From: an uncultured Bacteroidota bacterium
GTDB lineage: Bacteria; Bacteroidota; Bacteroidia; Bacteroidales; UBA12077
Assembly: GCA_913055895.1 (NCBI GenBank)
Contig: CAJXLE010000002.1
Coordinates: forward strand, 1-51,758
Length of the DNA: 51,758 bases
Direction: 5' to 3'
Shown here piece by piece: positions 9,407-18,348 of the stretch. Under the pieces are notes generated by a model, which did not search any database, was not told the origin of the DNA, and was given only the letters and a program-made list of their open reading frames with translations. Positions within the stretch are counted from its first letter, which is position 1. Each line of letters starts with the position of its first letter. The position numbers were made by a program, and so were the translations under genes.

Positions 9407-9605
9407 TTATGGCAGGAAAGTTTCATTCATTTATTGGCCAATTGTTACCGACCCCGCTAAAACGGTGAGCTTGCATAAGCAATCAAGTTATCGTCCAGGA
9501 TAAGGATTTTCAAAAAAACGCTGCTCCTGTTTCTTGTTTTTCTTCCGCAATTTGCTTAAATTCATTGGGAGGTAGATCAATAACCCATTAAAAAAGGAGT
9601 TGACA

Positions 9606-10949
9606 ATGAAGGTTTCATTGATCATGGTCAGACCCGTCCACAGTTCCTACGGAATTTTCAGCATTGCTCCCCTGGGCATCATATACCTGGCCACCTTACT
9701 CAATGACAAAGGATACAGTGTAACGGTATACGATGAGGCACGCCACCACATTTTCAACGAAAAGAAAGGCTGGATAAATCCCGAATTGCTGGACTCCGAT
9801 TTCATCGGCGTTTCCGTCATCTCGCCAGCTGCCCGCCGTGCCTTGCATTTGCTTCAAACCGTCAAAATGAAAGCACCCCATACCAGGCTGGCAGCTGGTG
9901 GGCCCCACGTCCTTGGAACCGACCAGGCCCGTGAGTTTTTACAATACGCCGATGCCGTGGTTCAGAAAGAGGCGGAGGGGGTCATCAAGGATGTTGTCAG
10001 GGGGCAAATGGATGGGATCATCCGTGGTCCGCGTATTGAAAACCTCGACACCCTGCCGGTACCAGATCTGAACCTTATGGCAGGGACCAGGAAGGGCTGG
10101 ACGGATTTTTTCAAACTCACGCCCATTACTTCCGCCCGTGGTTGTCCGAGGAACTGTGAATTTTGCACGGTAAGCAACATCCACGGAAAAAAAGTGCGCC
10201 GCCGATCACCCGAACTGGTCATGGAAGAACTCAGGCTCAGGAAGGAGGAGGGTTACCGGCGCATTTTCTTTGCCGACGACAATTTCTCGGTACAACCCTC
10301 CCGCAGGATACCTCTGCTGGAGGCCATGATCAGGGAAAAAGAAAAGCGCTCATGGTTTCAGAGCATCATTGTGCAGGATGAAGTGCCTGGCATCCTGACA
10401 GGCGGACAGGAGTATGTGAGGATGATGAAAAAAGCAGGTGTCGCCACGGTGATGCTGGGAGTGGAGAGTTTCGACGACCAAAAACTGAGGGCCCTCCATA
10501 AAGAACACAGCAAGACAGATTCTGAAAAAGCCATACAGCTGTTGAGGCAGGAGGGACTCATCATCTATGCCTTTGGTATGGCCCGTCCTGAAAGCGACGA
10601 CAAGAAAAGCATACGCCATCAGTTCAAAAAACTGCGCAGGGAGGGGGTCACCTATGCCGACATGACCATCGAAACCCCTTTTCCCGGCACACCCTATTGG
10701 GACAAATACAAAGACAAACTGATCGCCACCCAAAACGGTTCCCCCGACTGGGATAAGTGGACCCTCCTCACGCCGGTTATTCCCACCAAACACCTTTCGC
10801 CCGGAGCCTTCCAAAAGGAGGTCAAAAAGAATATGCAACGCTTTTACTCACCCCTACGTGCCCTGGGCAGGATTTTCAGGGGGAAGATCCGAAGCGGACT
10901 GACCATGCTTTTTGTCTGGTTTACAGCAGGCAGGATGTATTCTTCCTGA
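9606..10949 (+). CDS. B12-binding-domain radical SAM protein (class B), function unknown
   Basis: The N-terminal Rossmann-like region (LGIIYLATLLNDKGYSVTVYD, IGVSVIS) is typical of cobalamin-binding rSAM enzymes. CxxxCxxC cluster motif SARGCPRNCEFCTV. The ATG at 9606 is preceded by AAGGAG. The track starts two codons earlier at a TTG at 9600. Confidence 0.85.
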   Translation: MKVSLIMVRPVHSSYGIFSIAPLGIIYLATLLNDKGYSVTVYDEARHHIFNEKKGWINPELLDSDFIGVSVISPAARRALHLLQTVKMKAPHTRLAAGGPHVLGTDQAREFLQYADAVVQKEAEGVIKDVVRGQMDGIIRGPRIENLDTLPVPDLNLMAGTRKGWTDFFKLTPITSARGCPRNCEFCTVSNIHGKKVRRRSPELVMEELRLRKEEGYRRIFFADDNFSVQPSRRIPLLEAMIREKEKRSWFQSIIVQDEVPGILTGGQEYVRMMKKAGVATVMLGVESFDDQKLRALHKEHSKTDSEKAIQLLRQEGLIIYAFGMARPESDDKKSIRHQFKKLRREGVTYADMTIETPFPGTPYWDKYKDKLIATQNGSPDWDKWTLLTPVIPTKHLSPGAFQKEVKKNMQRFYSPLRALGRIFRGKIRSGLTMLFVWFTAGRMYSS

Positions 10950-11107
10950 CACTACACCTGCCTTAAAATACGCGACCAACAGCGTCCGACCTTCCGGTCT
11001 TTTAAAGTTTGCCGGGATTTTGCAGAAAGGCCGTTTCATCATTTGGTAAACAATTCATGCTCCAAAATTGTCTTTTCACCTGGTAATACAAAAAATGGAG
11101 ATGGACT

Positions 11108-12133
11108 ATGAAATACAATTTATTATCTGACACCGGCCTTTTCGTTTCAGAATTGTGCTTCGGTGCCATGGGCTTTGGCGGCACCGGCATGTGGAAAAAT
11201 GTTGGTCAAACCCCGCAAAATGAAGCCAACCAGCTGGTGAACAAAGCCCTGGAAGCAGGCATCAATTTCTTCGACACAGCCAACGTCTATTCAACTGGCA
11301 TTTCCGAGGAAATGTTGGGCAAGGCGCTGGGATCAAGGCGAAAAGATGTGGTCCTTGCCACCAAGGTCAGGGGCCGGATGGGAGAGGGCGTCAACGACAT
11401 CGGTCTTTCCCGGGTACATATCCGCCAACAGGTAGAGGCCAGCCTGCGCAGGCTGGATACCGACTACATCGATCTCTACCAGATCCATGGAGTGGACCCC
11501 TATGCTTCGTTTGAGGACACCCTTCGGACACTCGACGACCTGGTGCGAGAAGGGAAGGTTCGCTACATAGGAGCTTCCAACCTGATGGCGTGGCATCTGA
11601 TGAAAACCCTCGGCATTTCTGAAAAGAACGGCTGGGAAAAATTCAAATCGCTCCAGGCCCACTATTCCATTGCCACACGCGATTTGGAACGCGAGGTGGT
11701 GCCGTTGCTCAGGGACCAGAACATAGGCCTGATGGTATGGAGCCCGCTTTCAGGTGGTTTCCTGACGGGCAAATACAAACGCAACCATCAGCCCGAGGAT
11801 ACCTCGCGGCGCAAAGAATTTGATTTCCCGCCCATCGACAAAGAGAAGGCTTACGACATCATCGAGGTGATGGAAGAGATCGGCTCCAACCACAAGGCAT
11901 CTGTGGCCCAGGTGGCCCTGGCATGGCTTCTCCATCAGCAGGTTGTCACCAGCGTGATTGTGGGGGCAAGAAAGATGGAACAGCTCGACGACAACATACA
12001 TGCCACCGGGATAGAGTTTTCCCGCGATGAGCTCAACAAGCTGGATGAGATCAGCCAGCTCAGGCCTGAATATCCCGGCTGGATGGTTGGGTTCATGCAG
12101 GGCGACCGCAATCCCAACGAGCCCCGGGGTTAA
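11108..12133 (+). CDS. Aldo/keto reductase (Tas/YajO-like)
   Basis: GINFFDTANVYS, VLATKV, YIDLYQIHGVD and VRYIGASN are AKR signature blocks. Confidence 0.9.
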   Translation: MKYNLLSDTGLFVSELCFGAMGFGGTGMWKNVGQTPQNEANQLVNKALEAGINFFDTANVYSTGISEEMLGKALGSRRKDVVLATKVRGRMGEGVNDIGLSRVHIRQQVEASLRRLDTDYIDLYQIHGVDPYASFEDTLRTLDDLVREGKVRYIGASNLMAWHLMKTLGISEKNGWEKFKSLQAHYSIATRDLEREVVPLLRDQNIGLMVWSPLSGGFLTGKYKRNHQPEDTSRRKEFDFPPIDKEKAYDIIEVMEEIGSNHKASVAQVALAWLLHQQVVTSVIVGARKMEQLDDNIHATGIEFSRDELNKLDEISQLRPEYPGWMVGFMQGDRNPNEPRG

Positions 12134-12209
12134 ACATTTCTGCAACCAATTGGTTCCATGGAGGGAATAATATACGTTTGTGAGAGGAACCCAATAAAGA
12201 GAAAATCCC

Positions 12210-12611
12210 ATGACAAGAAATCACAACGCAGCCTTGCTCATCCTGCGCCTGTCCATTGGCGTGCTCATGCTTTTTCACGGAGTTGACAAAATATTCCATG
12301 GCATTGATGGTATAGTGGACATGATGAAGGGCATCGGGATGCCGGGTTTTATTGCTTACGGGGTGTACATTGGCGAGGTGCTGGCCCCCTTGCTGCTTAT
12401 TATCGGCTACAGGGCGAGATTGGGAGCCTTTCTGCTGGTGATGAACATGCTGGTGATCATTTTCATTGCCCATCCGGGGCAAATATTTGAACTGAACCAG
12501 CACGGGGCATGGGCTCTCGAGCTCCCCGGCCTTTACCTGTCGGGCAGTCTGGCTGTTATATTTACCGGCGGGGGAGGCTATGCCATAAGTTCCAAAAACC
12601 GTTGGGACTGA
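12210..12611 (+). CDS. DoxX family membrane protein
   Basis: 133 aa with four hydrophobic helices. N-terminal LLILRLSIGVLMLFHGVDKI is typical of DoxX. Confidence 0.8.
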   Translation: MTRNHNAALLILRLSIGVLMLFHGVDKIFHGIDGIVDMMKGIGMPGFIAYGVYIGEVLAPLLLIIGYRARLGAFLLVMNMLVIIFIAHPGQIFELNQHGAWALELPGLYLSGSLAVIFTGGGGYAISSKNRWD

Positions 12612-12657
12612 TCGGTTCGGGCCCTAATGCCCCGGATATGGGGTGGGTTCCAACAAC

Positions 12658-12687
12658 AAAAGGAGGATTGTTGGCAATCCTCCTTTT
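12658..12687. terminator. Bidirectional hairpin terminator between convergent DoxX and fasciclin genes
   Basis: AAAAGGAGGATTG (12658-12670), loop TTGG, CAATCCTCCTTTT (12675-12687). The A/T runs are built into both arms. Confidence 0.7.
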
Positions 12688-12714
12688 CATTCTCACCAAG
12701 TGTCTATTTGTATC

Positions 12715-13713
12715 CTACAGCTCCGGCAGGATGACCCGATCGATTACATGAATCACTCCGTTGGTAGCCTGAACATTCAACAGCTCAGCTACCAGGTTGG
12801 CTTCCCGGTCGTTGGCATCCGTAATGACAAGGGTGCCCAGGTTCAACTCAAAGACACCGTTGAGTGTGGTAACCGGACCGCTGGTCAGATCGGACGAGAA
12901 TACACGACCCTCCACCACATGGTAAAGGAGCACTTGTGTCAGCAAATCTTTGGGGATCTCATCGAGGCTGCTGTATCCCAGTTCGTCCAAAAGATTCACG
13001 AATGCTTCGTTGGTGGGGGCAAACACTGTAAAGGGACCACCCTCAGCCAGGGTTTCATCAAGTTCTGCCTTGATAACTGCTTCAACGAGGACAGCAAATT
13101 CCGGGTCGAAACTCAGAGCGAGCTCAACCAGGTTCTTGTCGGGTGGGATCAGCACCTTATCTATGATGTGTATGACACCGTTCAAGGCCCGAATATCAGC
13201 TTTGGTCACCTGGGCATCGTTGACCATGACACCATCGTCCAGGTTGATTTCTACGGCAGCACCGTTCAGGGTAGGTACAAATCCTTCTACCAGGTCACCG
13301 CTAAAAACGGGTTCGCCCAGGACGTGATACAGCAAAATTTCCTTCAGGTTGGGCACATGAACAATGTTTCTCGGATTCAGGCCCAGTTCTGCAAAAGCAT
13401 CGTCGGTAGGAGCAAAAACAGTTAATTCATTAAAAACCACCGTTCTAATAAGGCGTGTGCGGACCAGTGCCCTGGTAAGTGTTCTAAAAGTGGGCCTGTC
13501 GCGATGACCCCTTTTGAGCATCGATTCATCATCGGCCTTTCTTTCACCGTAGGATTCAAGAATCTCGGTGATGGTCATGTCAGAAGAGCCTGGCTCTTCA
13601 GGCACCACTTCATTTTCCTTCTCACAGGAAACACTGAAGATGGCCAAGAAGGACAACATCAATACATAGAATGCCGTCCTTTTCGTCAAAATCTTTGAAT
13701 TGTTTTTTTTCAT
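12715..13713 (-). CDS. Fasciclin (FAS1) domain lipoprotein, two FAS1 domains
   Basis: Lipoprotein signal (LAIFSVSCEKE). Two copies of FAS1 motifs: TVFAPTDDAF / LLYHVL / NGVIHIIDKVLIP and TVFAPTNEAF / LLYHVVEG / NGVIHVIDRVILP. Confidence 0.9.
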   Translation of the reverse strand: MKKNNSKILTKRTAFYVLMLSFLAIFSVSCEKENEVVPEEPGSSDMTITEILESYGERKADDESMLKRGHRDRPTFRTLTRALVRTRLIRTVVFNELTVFAPTDDAFAELGLNPRNIVHVPNLKEILLYHVLGEPVFSGDLVEGFVPTLNGAAVEINLDDGVMVNDAQVTKADIRALNGVIHIIDKVLIPPDKNLVELALSFDPEFAVLVEAVIKAELDETLAEGGPFTVFAPTNEAFVNLLDELGYSSLDEIPKDLLTQVLLYHVVEGRVFSSDLTSGPVTTLNGVFELNLGTLVITDANDREANLVAELLNVQATNGVIHVIDRVILPEL

Positions 13714-14101
13714 GGTGCAATGAGTATATTAAAGGTTAAAACTAAATTTATACAAATGGCAAACTTGAAAGTTCTTTTGAAAATCAGCGCTATACATAAA
13801 AACCGTTTTTTTTTATGCGAACTCTGATTTCATAGGTGCCATTGATCATTTTATTTTTTTCGACTTACTCCCAAAGGTTCACATGCGTTTGTCCGATAAT
13901 TAATGTTATGTTAAATAGGTAAATTCTTTTTTGCCCACTCCATCCCTCCGGATTAAGCAGACTGGAAAATTTGAAATTTGCGTCTTTGAGAGACAGATTT
14001 GAGAGGCATCCACCTTATATCACCACAAAACCGGCGGGCATGCATGATGTCGGGCATATATGATCATATGGATGTGGTTATGATGTGGAAGGTCGTCAAT
14101 T

Positions 14102-14153
14102 CATTCATAAAGAAAAGGGAAATTCCGAAGAATTTCCCTTTTCTTTATGAATG
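14102..14153 (-). terminator. Perfect 24-bp inverted repeat (hairpin) downstream of the TPR lipoprotein gene
   Basis: CATTCATAAAGAAAAGGGAAATTC (14102-14125), loop CGAA, GAATTTCCCTTTTCTTTATGAATG (14130-14153). It lies 46 nt beyond the stop at 14199. The stem is unusually long for a simple terminator and has no clean trailing U-run. Confidence 0.6.
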
Positions 14154-14198
14154 GTGTCATGAAAACAGCAGTTGATGAAATGACATCACAGCGATGGT

Positions 14199-15446
14199 TT
14201 ACTGGTTCTGTTGACCACTTCCGCCTTGCTGACTTTCACCTTGCTGCTGGTTGCCACTGCCCTCATTCAGTTGCTTGAGCTTGGCGTTGATTTCCTTGTA
14301 CTTGTCAATGTATTTTTCATCTTCTGTTCTCAGACGGTAATAAAGCGTTTTCAAAGTACTCAGGACACTGGTCTCCTGGGGCTTGGCTTCATGGGCTTTC
14401 TCCATATAAGGAATGGCTTGCTTGAATTTGGCATTGGCCCTGTCCCGGAGTTTTTTGTATTCTGCATCATCTTTGGTCTGGTTGGCCTTACCGACAATGT
14501 CCACCCCTTCGTTGAAATAAAGCACACCCAGGTTGTAAAGGGCCATGAAAAGATTGGGATCACGCTCCAGGGCAGCCTTATAGCTCTCCTTGGCTTTTTC
14601 AACCTTGCCCATCTTATCGTATATCTGGGCCTCGGCAGAATAGTACTGGGCATTGTCGGGATGCTGTTTCTTGGCTTCCTTGATGAAATCCAGGGCCTCC
14701 TCGGGATGATCGGTATTCAGAAGGTAATGATTGATCAAACTGGCGATCATATTTTTGTTGCCCGGGTACTTGTTGAATCCTTCCTTGAGGGATTCAACAG
14801 CTTTGGTGGTATCACCTGTCTGGAAATAAGCATTTTTCATCAAAATGTAAGTCCTGGCACCACCATAGTCATGTTTGGCTGACATCTCGTAATACTTGGC
14901 AGCTTCCTCCCAGTTTTTCATGTTTTGGGCGGCAATACCGGCATTGAACATGATGGCCGTATCCACCCGGTTCTTGAAGATGGGCATGTCAGAAACCTTC
15001 AGGGCATATTTGAAGTTTTTGAAAGCATCTTCATACTTGTTGCCCTTGAAGGAGTTGACGCCTTCGCGGATAAAATAAGTATGGAGCTTAAACATGGCGG
15101 CATCTATGCTGCCTTTAAACTTATCTTCCTTATCCATATCATAGGCTTTCTGGTAATTTTCAAAAGCCTTGAAAAGTGGTCTTTCTGCCAGGTCTTTGAA
15201 TTCACTCTTCTCACTCTCATAGATCTTTTGATGAACATACCCCTTGGCGTAGTATGTTTTCGGCCAGTTTTTGGTCTCTTCCAGTTCCGTGGCCTGTTCA
15301 ACCGACTTAAGAGCCGTATCGAGCCTTTCTCCGTTTTCTGCCCAGGTTATGGCCCGGTTAACATACATCTTGTCACTGCAACTGCTGATTACCAAAGCAA
15401 TCAGGCCGGTAATCAGGGTTGACCATAAAATCTTACGCTGTTTCAT
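14199..15446 (-). CDS. Tetratricopeptide-repeat lipoprotein
   Basis: Lipobox LIALVISSCSD. Repeated TPR-like A..Y/F...A blocks. Gln/Gly-rich C-terminal tail (GSGNQQQGESQQGGSGQQNQ). Confidence 0.8.
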   Translation of the reverse strand: MKQRKILWSTLITGLIALVISSCSDKMYVNRAITWAENGERLDTALKSVEQATELEETKNWPKTYYAKGYVHQKIYESEKSEFKDLAERPLFKAFENYQKAYDMDKEDKFKGSIDAAMFKLHTYFIREGVNSFKGNKYEDAFKNFKYALKVSDMPIFKNRVDTAIMFNAGIAAQNMKNWEEAAKYYEMSAKHDYGGARTYILMKNAYFQTGDTTKAVESLKEGFNKYPGNKNMIASLINHYLLNTDHPEEALDFIKEAKKQHPDNAQYYSAEAQIYDKMGKVEKAKESYKAALERDPNLFMALYNLGVLYFNEGVDIVGKANQTKDDAEYKKLRDRANAKFKQAIPYMEKAHEAKPQETSVLSTLKTLYYRLRTEDEKYIDKYKEINAKLKQLNEGSGNQQQGESQQGGSGQQNQ

Positions 15447-15541
15447 GTTATACGCTTTTGAGTTTTGGGTTTCTGAATAGTAATTGGCACAAAAATATAA
15501 TTTTTATTGACGATGATCAAATTTATGTTCAGCAACATCCA

Positions 15542-18064
15542 TCACGACTCATCTTGATTTGTGCCGGTTTCCGGGTCTGAATGATTTGTTTCACCCAGAT
15601 CGGCAGGGTCTTGTCCATTGTCTTCTTCAACATGCACCTGGCTGACTGCTGCAATAGAGTCGCCGTTGCGCAGGTTGATGAGCCTGACCCCCTGGGTGGC
15701 CCTTCCTGCCACACGTATATCCGAGACCGGCAGGCGGATGGTAAGTCCCGAGCGGTTGATGATCATCAGGTCGTTCCTGTCGGCCACACCCTTGATGGTC
15801 ACAAGTTTGCCGGTGCGTGAGGTGATGTTGATGGTCTTGACTCCTTTCCCGCCCCTGTTGATGGTGCGGTAGTCGTCAATCCGGGAACGCTTGCCGTAGC
15901 CTTTCTCGCTGACCACCAGTATGTTTTCATCGCCTTCTTCCACACAAACCATGCCCACCACTTCATCATGGTCGCCTGCCAGTTTCATTCCCCTTACTCC
16001 TGCTGCCGTACGTCCTACCGCACGTACATTGCTTTCATTGAAACGAATGGCCTTGCCTTCCTTCGAGGCCAGCAGGATATCGCTCTCTCCGTTGGTGAGC
16101 TTGGCTTCCAGCAACTGGTCGCCCTCGCGTATGGTGATGGCATTGACGCCTTTTTGACGGGGACGCGAATAGGCCTCCAACGAAGTCTTTTTGATCACCC
16201 CACGCTTGGTGCACAGTATGATGTAATGGCTTTTGACATAATCTATGTCCTGGAGGGTTTTCACGTTGATGTGGGCCTTGACCTTGTCCGAAGGACTGAT
16301 GTTGATCAGGTTCTGTATGGCCCTGCCTTTCGAGTTCTTGGTGCCCTCAGGTATCTGGTAAACCTTCAACCAGTAGCACCTGCCCTCTTCGGTAAAGAAG
16401 AGGATGGTGTTGTGCATGGAGGCTATGAACATGTGCTCCAGAAAATCTTCATCGCGGGTGGTGCTTCCGCGGGTTCCGACCCCGCCCCTGCTCTGTGTTT
16501 TGTATTCATTTACTGCAGTACGTTTGATGTAACCCATATGGGAAATGGTGACCACCACCGGTTCGTCGGCATAGAAATCTTCGGGGTTGAACTCCCCTGC
16601 CTCATATTCGATGGCCGTGCGGCGTTCATCGCCATACTGGTTTTTAATCTCCAGCAGTTCGTCCTTGATGATCTTCATCCGCAGCGTCTCATCCGAGAGC
16701 ACCTTCTTATAATACTCAATCTGCTTCATGAGCTCGGCATGTTCTTCCTTGACCTTGTTGCGCTCCAGGCCCGTGAGCTTCTGCAGTCTCATCTCCAGGA
16801 TGGCTTTGGCCTGTGCCTCAGACAGCTCAAAACGGCTGATCAGCTCATTTTTGGCAGACTCCGGGGTATCGGAATTGCGGATCAGTGAGATCACCTCATC
16901 CAGGTGATCGAGGGCCACCAGCAAACCTTCCAGGATGTGGGCTCTCTGTTCAGCCTGCCGCAATTCATATTGCGTGCGGCGGATCACCACATCGTGCCGG
17001 TGTTCAACAAACCGCCGGATGAGCTCTTTGAGATTGAGCAACTTGGGACGTCCCTTGACCAGGGCAATGTTGTTGACATTGAAAGCCGTCTGCAGTTGGG
17101 TGTGTTTATAGAGTTTGTTCAGCACGATGTTGGCCACTGCATCACGCTTCAGTTCATACACAATGCGGGTGCCCTCGCGGTCCGACTCGTCATTCACATT
17201 GGAGATGCCTTCAATTTTACGGGCATTGACCAGGTCGGCCGTCTTTTTTATAAGCTCTGCCTTGTTCACCAGGTAAGGCACCTCGGTGACCACGATGCGT
17301 TCGCGGCCGGTATCGTCGGTCTCGATCTCGGCTTTTGCTCTGACATCCACCCTTCCCCTGCCGGTGCGGTAGGCTTCTTTTACTCCCTGCATGCCATATA
17401 TGGTACCCCCGGTGGGAAAATCGGGAGCCTGAATGGCATTGGCCAGTTCCTCAACCTCTACATCATTGTTGTCGATATAGAGCACAATTGCATTGATGGT
17501 GTCTCCCAAATTGTGCGGCGGCATGTTGGTCGCCATGCCCACGGCAATGCCGGAGGCGCCGTTCACCAGAAGGTTGGGAATGCGTGTAGGCAGTACAGTA
17601 GGTTCCTTGAGGGTATCGTCGAAATTCAACTGAAAATCAACGGTCTCCTTGTCTATATCCTTCAGGGTCTCGCCCGATATCTTCTGAAGCCTGGCTTCGG
17701 TATACCTCATGGCAGCCGGCCCGTCGCCGTCCATCGATCCAAAATTGCCCTGCCCGTCGACAAGCGGATACCGCAAAGACCAGATCTGTGCCATGCGCAC
17801 CATCGATTCGTATACAGACGAGTCGCCGTGGGGATGGTACTTACCAAGCACCTCTCCCACAATCCTGGCCGACTTTTTATAGGCTTTGTTTTGGTAAAGG
17901 CCCAACTCCGACATGCCAAACAAAACCCGTCTTTGTACGGGTTTCAGACCATCCCTGACATCCGGCAATGCCCGCGAGACGATCACACTCATCGAATAAT
18001 CGATGTAAGCGGACTTCATCTCATCTTCAATGTTGATCTTAATTAACCGTTCTTCGTCTGCCAT
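15542..18064 (-). CDS. gyrA: DNA gyrase subunit A
   Basis: N-terminus [49 protein letters not shown] (QRDR region), active-site [11 protein letters not shown]-terminal beta-pinwheel repeats and an acidic tail. Confidence 0.98.
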   Translation of the reverse strand: MADEERLIKINIEDEMKSAYIDYSMSVIVSRALPDVRDGLKPVQRRVLFGMSELGLYQNKAYKKSARIVGEVLGKYHPHGDSSVYESMVRMAQIWSLRYPLVDGQGNFGSMDGDGPAAMRYTEARLQKISGETLKDIDKETVDFQLNFDDTLKEPTVLPTRIPNLLVNGASGIAVGMATNMPPHNLGDTINAIVLYIDNNDVEVEELANAIQAPDFPTGGTIYGMQGVKEAYRTGRGRVDVRAKAEIETDDTGRERIVVTEVPYLVNKAELIKKTADLVNARKIEGISNVNDESDREGTRIVYELKRDAVANIVLNKLYKHTQLQTAFNVNNIALVKGRPKLLNLKELIRRFVEHRHDVVIRRTQYELRQAEQRAHILEGLLVALDHLDEVISLIRNSDTPESAKNELISRFELSEAQAKAILEMRLQKLTGLERNKVKEEHAELMKQIEYYKKVLSDETLRMKIIKDELLEIKNQYGDERRTAIEYEAGEFNPEDFYADEPVVVTISHMGYIKRTAVNEYKTQSRGGVGTRGSTTRDEDFLEHMFIASMHNTILFFTEEGRCYWLKVYQIPEGTKNSKGRAIQNLINISPSDKVKAHINVKTLQDIDYVKSHYIILCTKRGVIKKTSLEAYSRPRQKGVNAITIREGDQLLEAKLTNGESDILLASKEGKAIRFNESNVRAVGRTAAGVRGMKLAGDHDEVVGMVCVEEGDENILVVSEKGYGKRSRIDDYRTINRGGKGVKTINITSRTGKLVTIKGVADRNDLMIINRSGLTIRLPVSDIRVAGRATQGVRLINLRNGDSIAAVSQVHVEEDNGQDPADLGETNHSDPETGTNQDES

Positions 18065-18348
18065 AATTTTGTAACTTATTTATAATAAACTATTTAGCAT
18101 AATCCAAATCCAGCTTTCAAAGATACTAAAATCGAAGCATTTTCTATGATTAAGGATTAAGAAATTTCAAAGTTTATTAACAGCCATATGTTAAAATATT
18201 ATGTGCAGATTTTGTATTTTTGCAAAGACAAAATCATGAAGATGACCTGAACAAGAGCTCCCATAATTTGTAATACATTTGCAAGTATCACGTTGATTTA
18301 ATGAACCATTGAGTAACAAGAAAACACGAAAGGAGAATACGCATAAAT

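Noticed and set aside
9409-9468. 19-codon ORF (MAGKFHSFIGQLLPTPLKR) about 140 bp upstream of the radical SAM gene, considered as a possible RiPP precursor.
   Set aside because: It has no Cys/Ser/Thr-rich core or recognisable leader, is not adjacent to the rSAM start, and overlaps the decayed gene remnant. There is no RiPP recognition element, peptidase or exporter nearby.
9395-9605. Cobalamin riboswitch upstream of the B12-type radical SAM gene. Likewise an FMN riboswitch upstream of ribH (34599-34631).
   Set aside because: No B12-box-like GCCACTG core or multi-stem architecture is visible in 9395-9605. The ribH upstream gap is only 33 bp, too short for an FMN element.
14044-14175. 43-codon plus-strand ORF in the large intergenic gap.
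   Set aside because: It reads straight through both arms of the 24-bp hairpin, so its sequence is dictated by the inverted repeat. It has no promoter or RBS features and an implausible composition.
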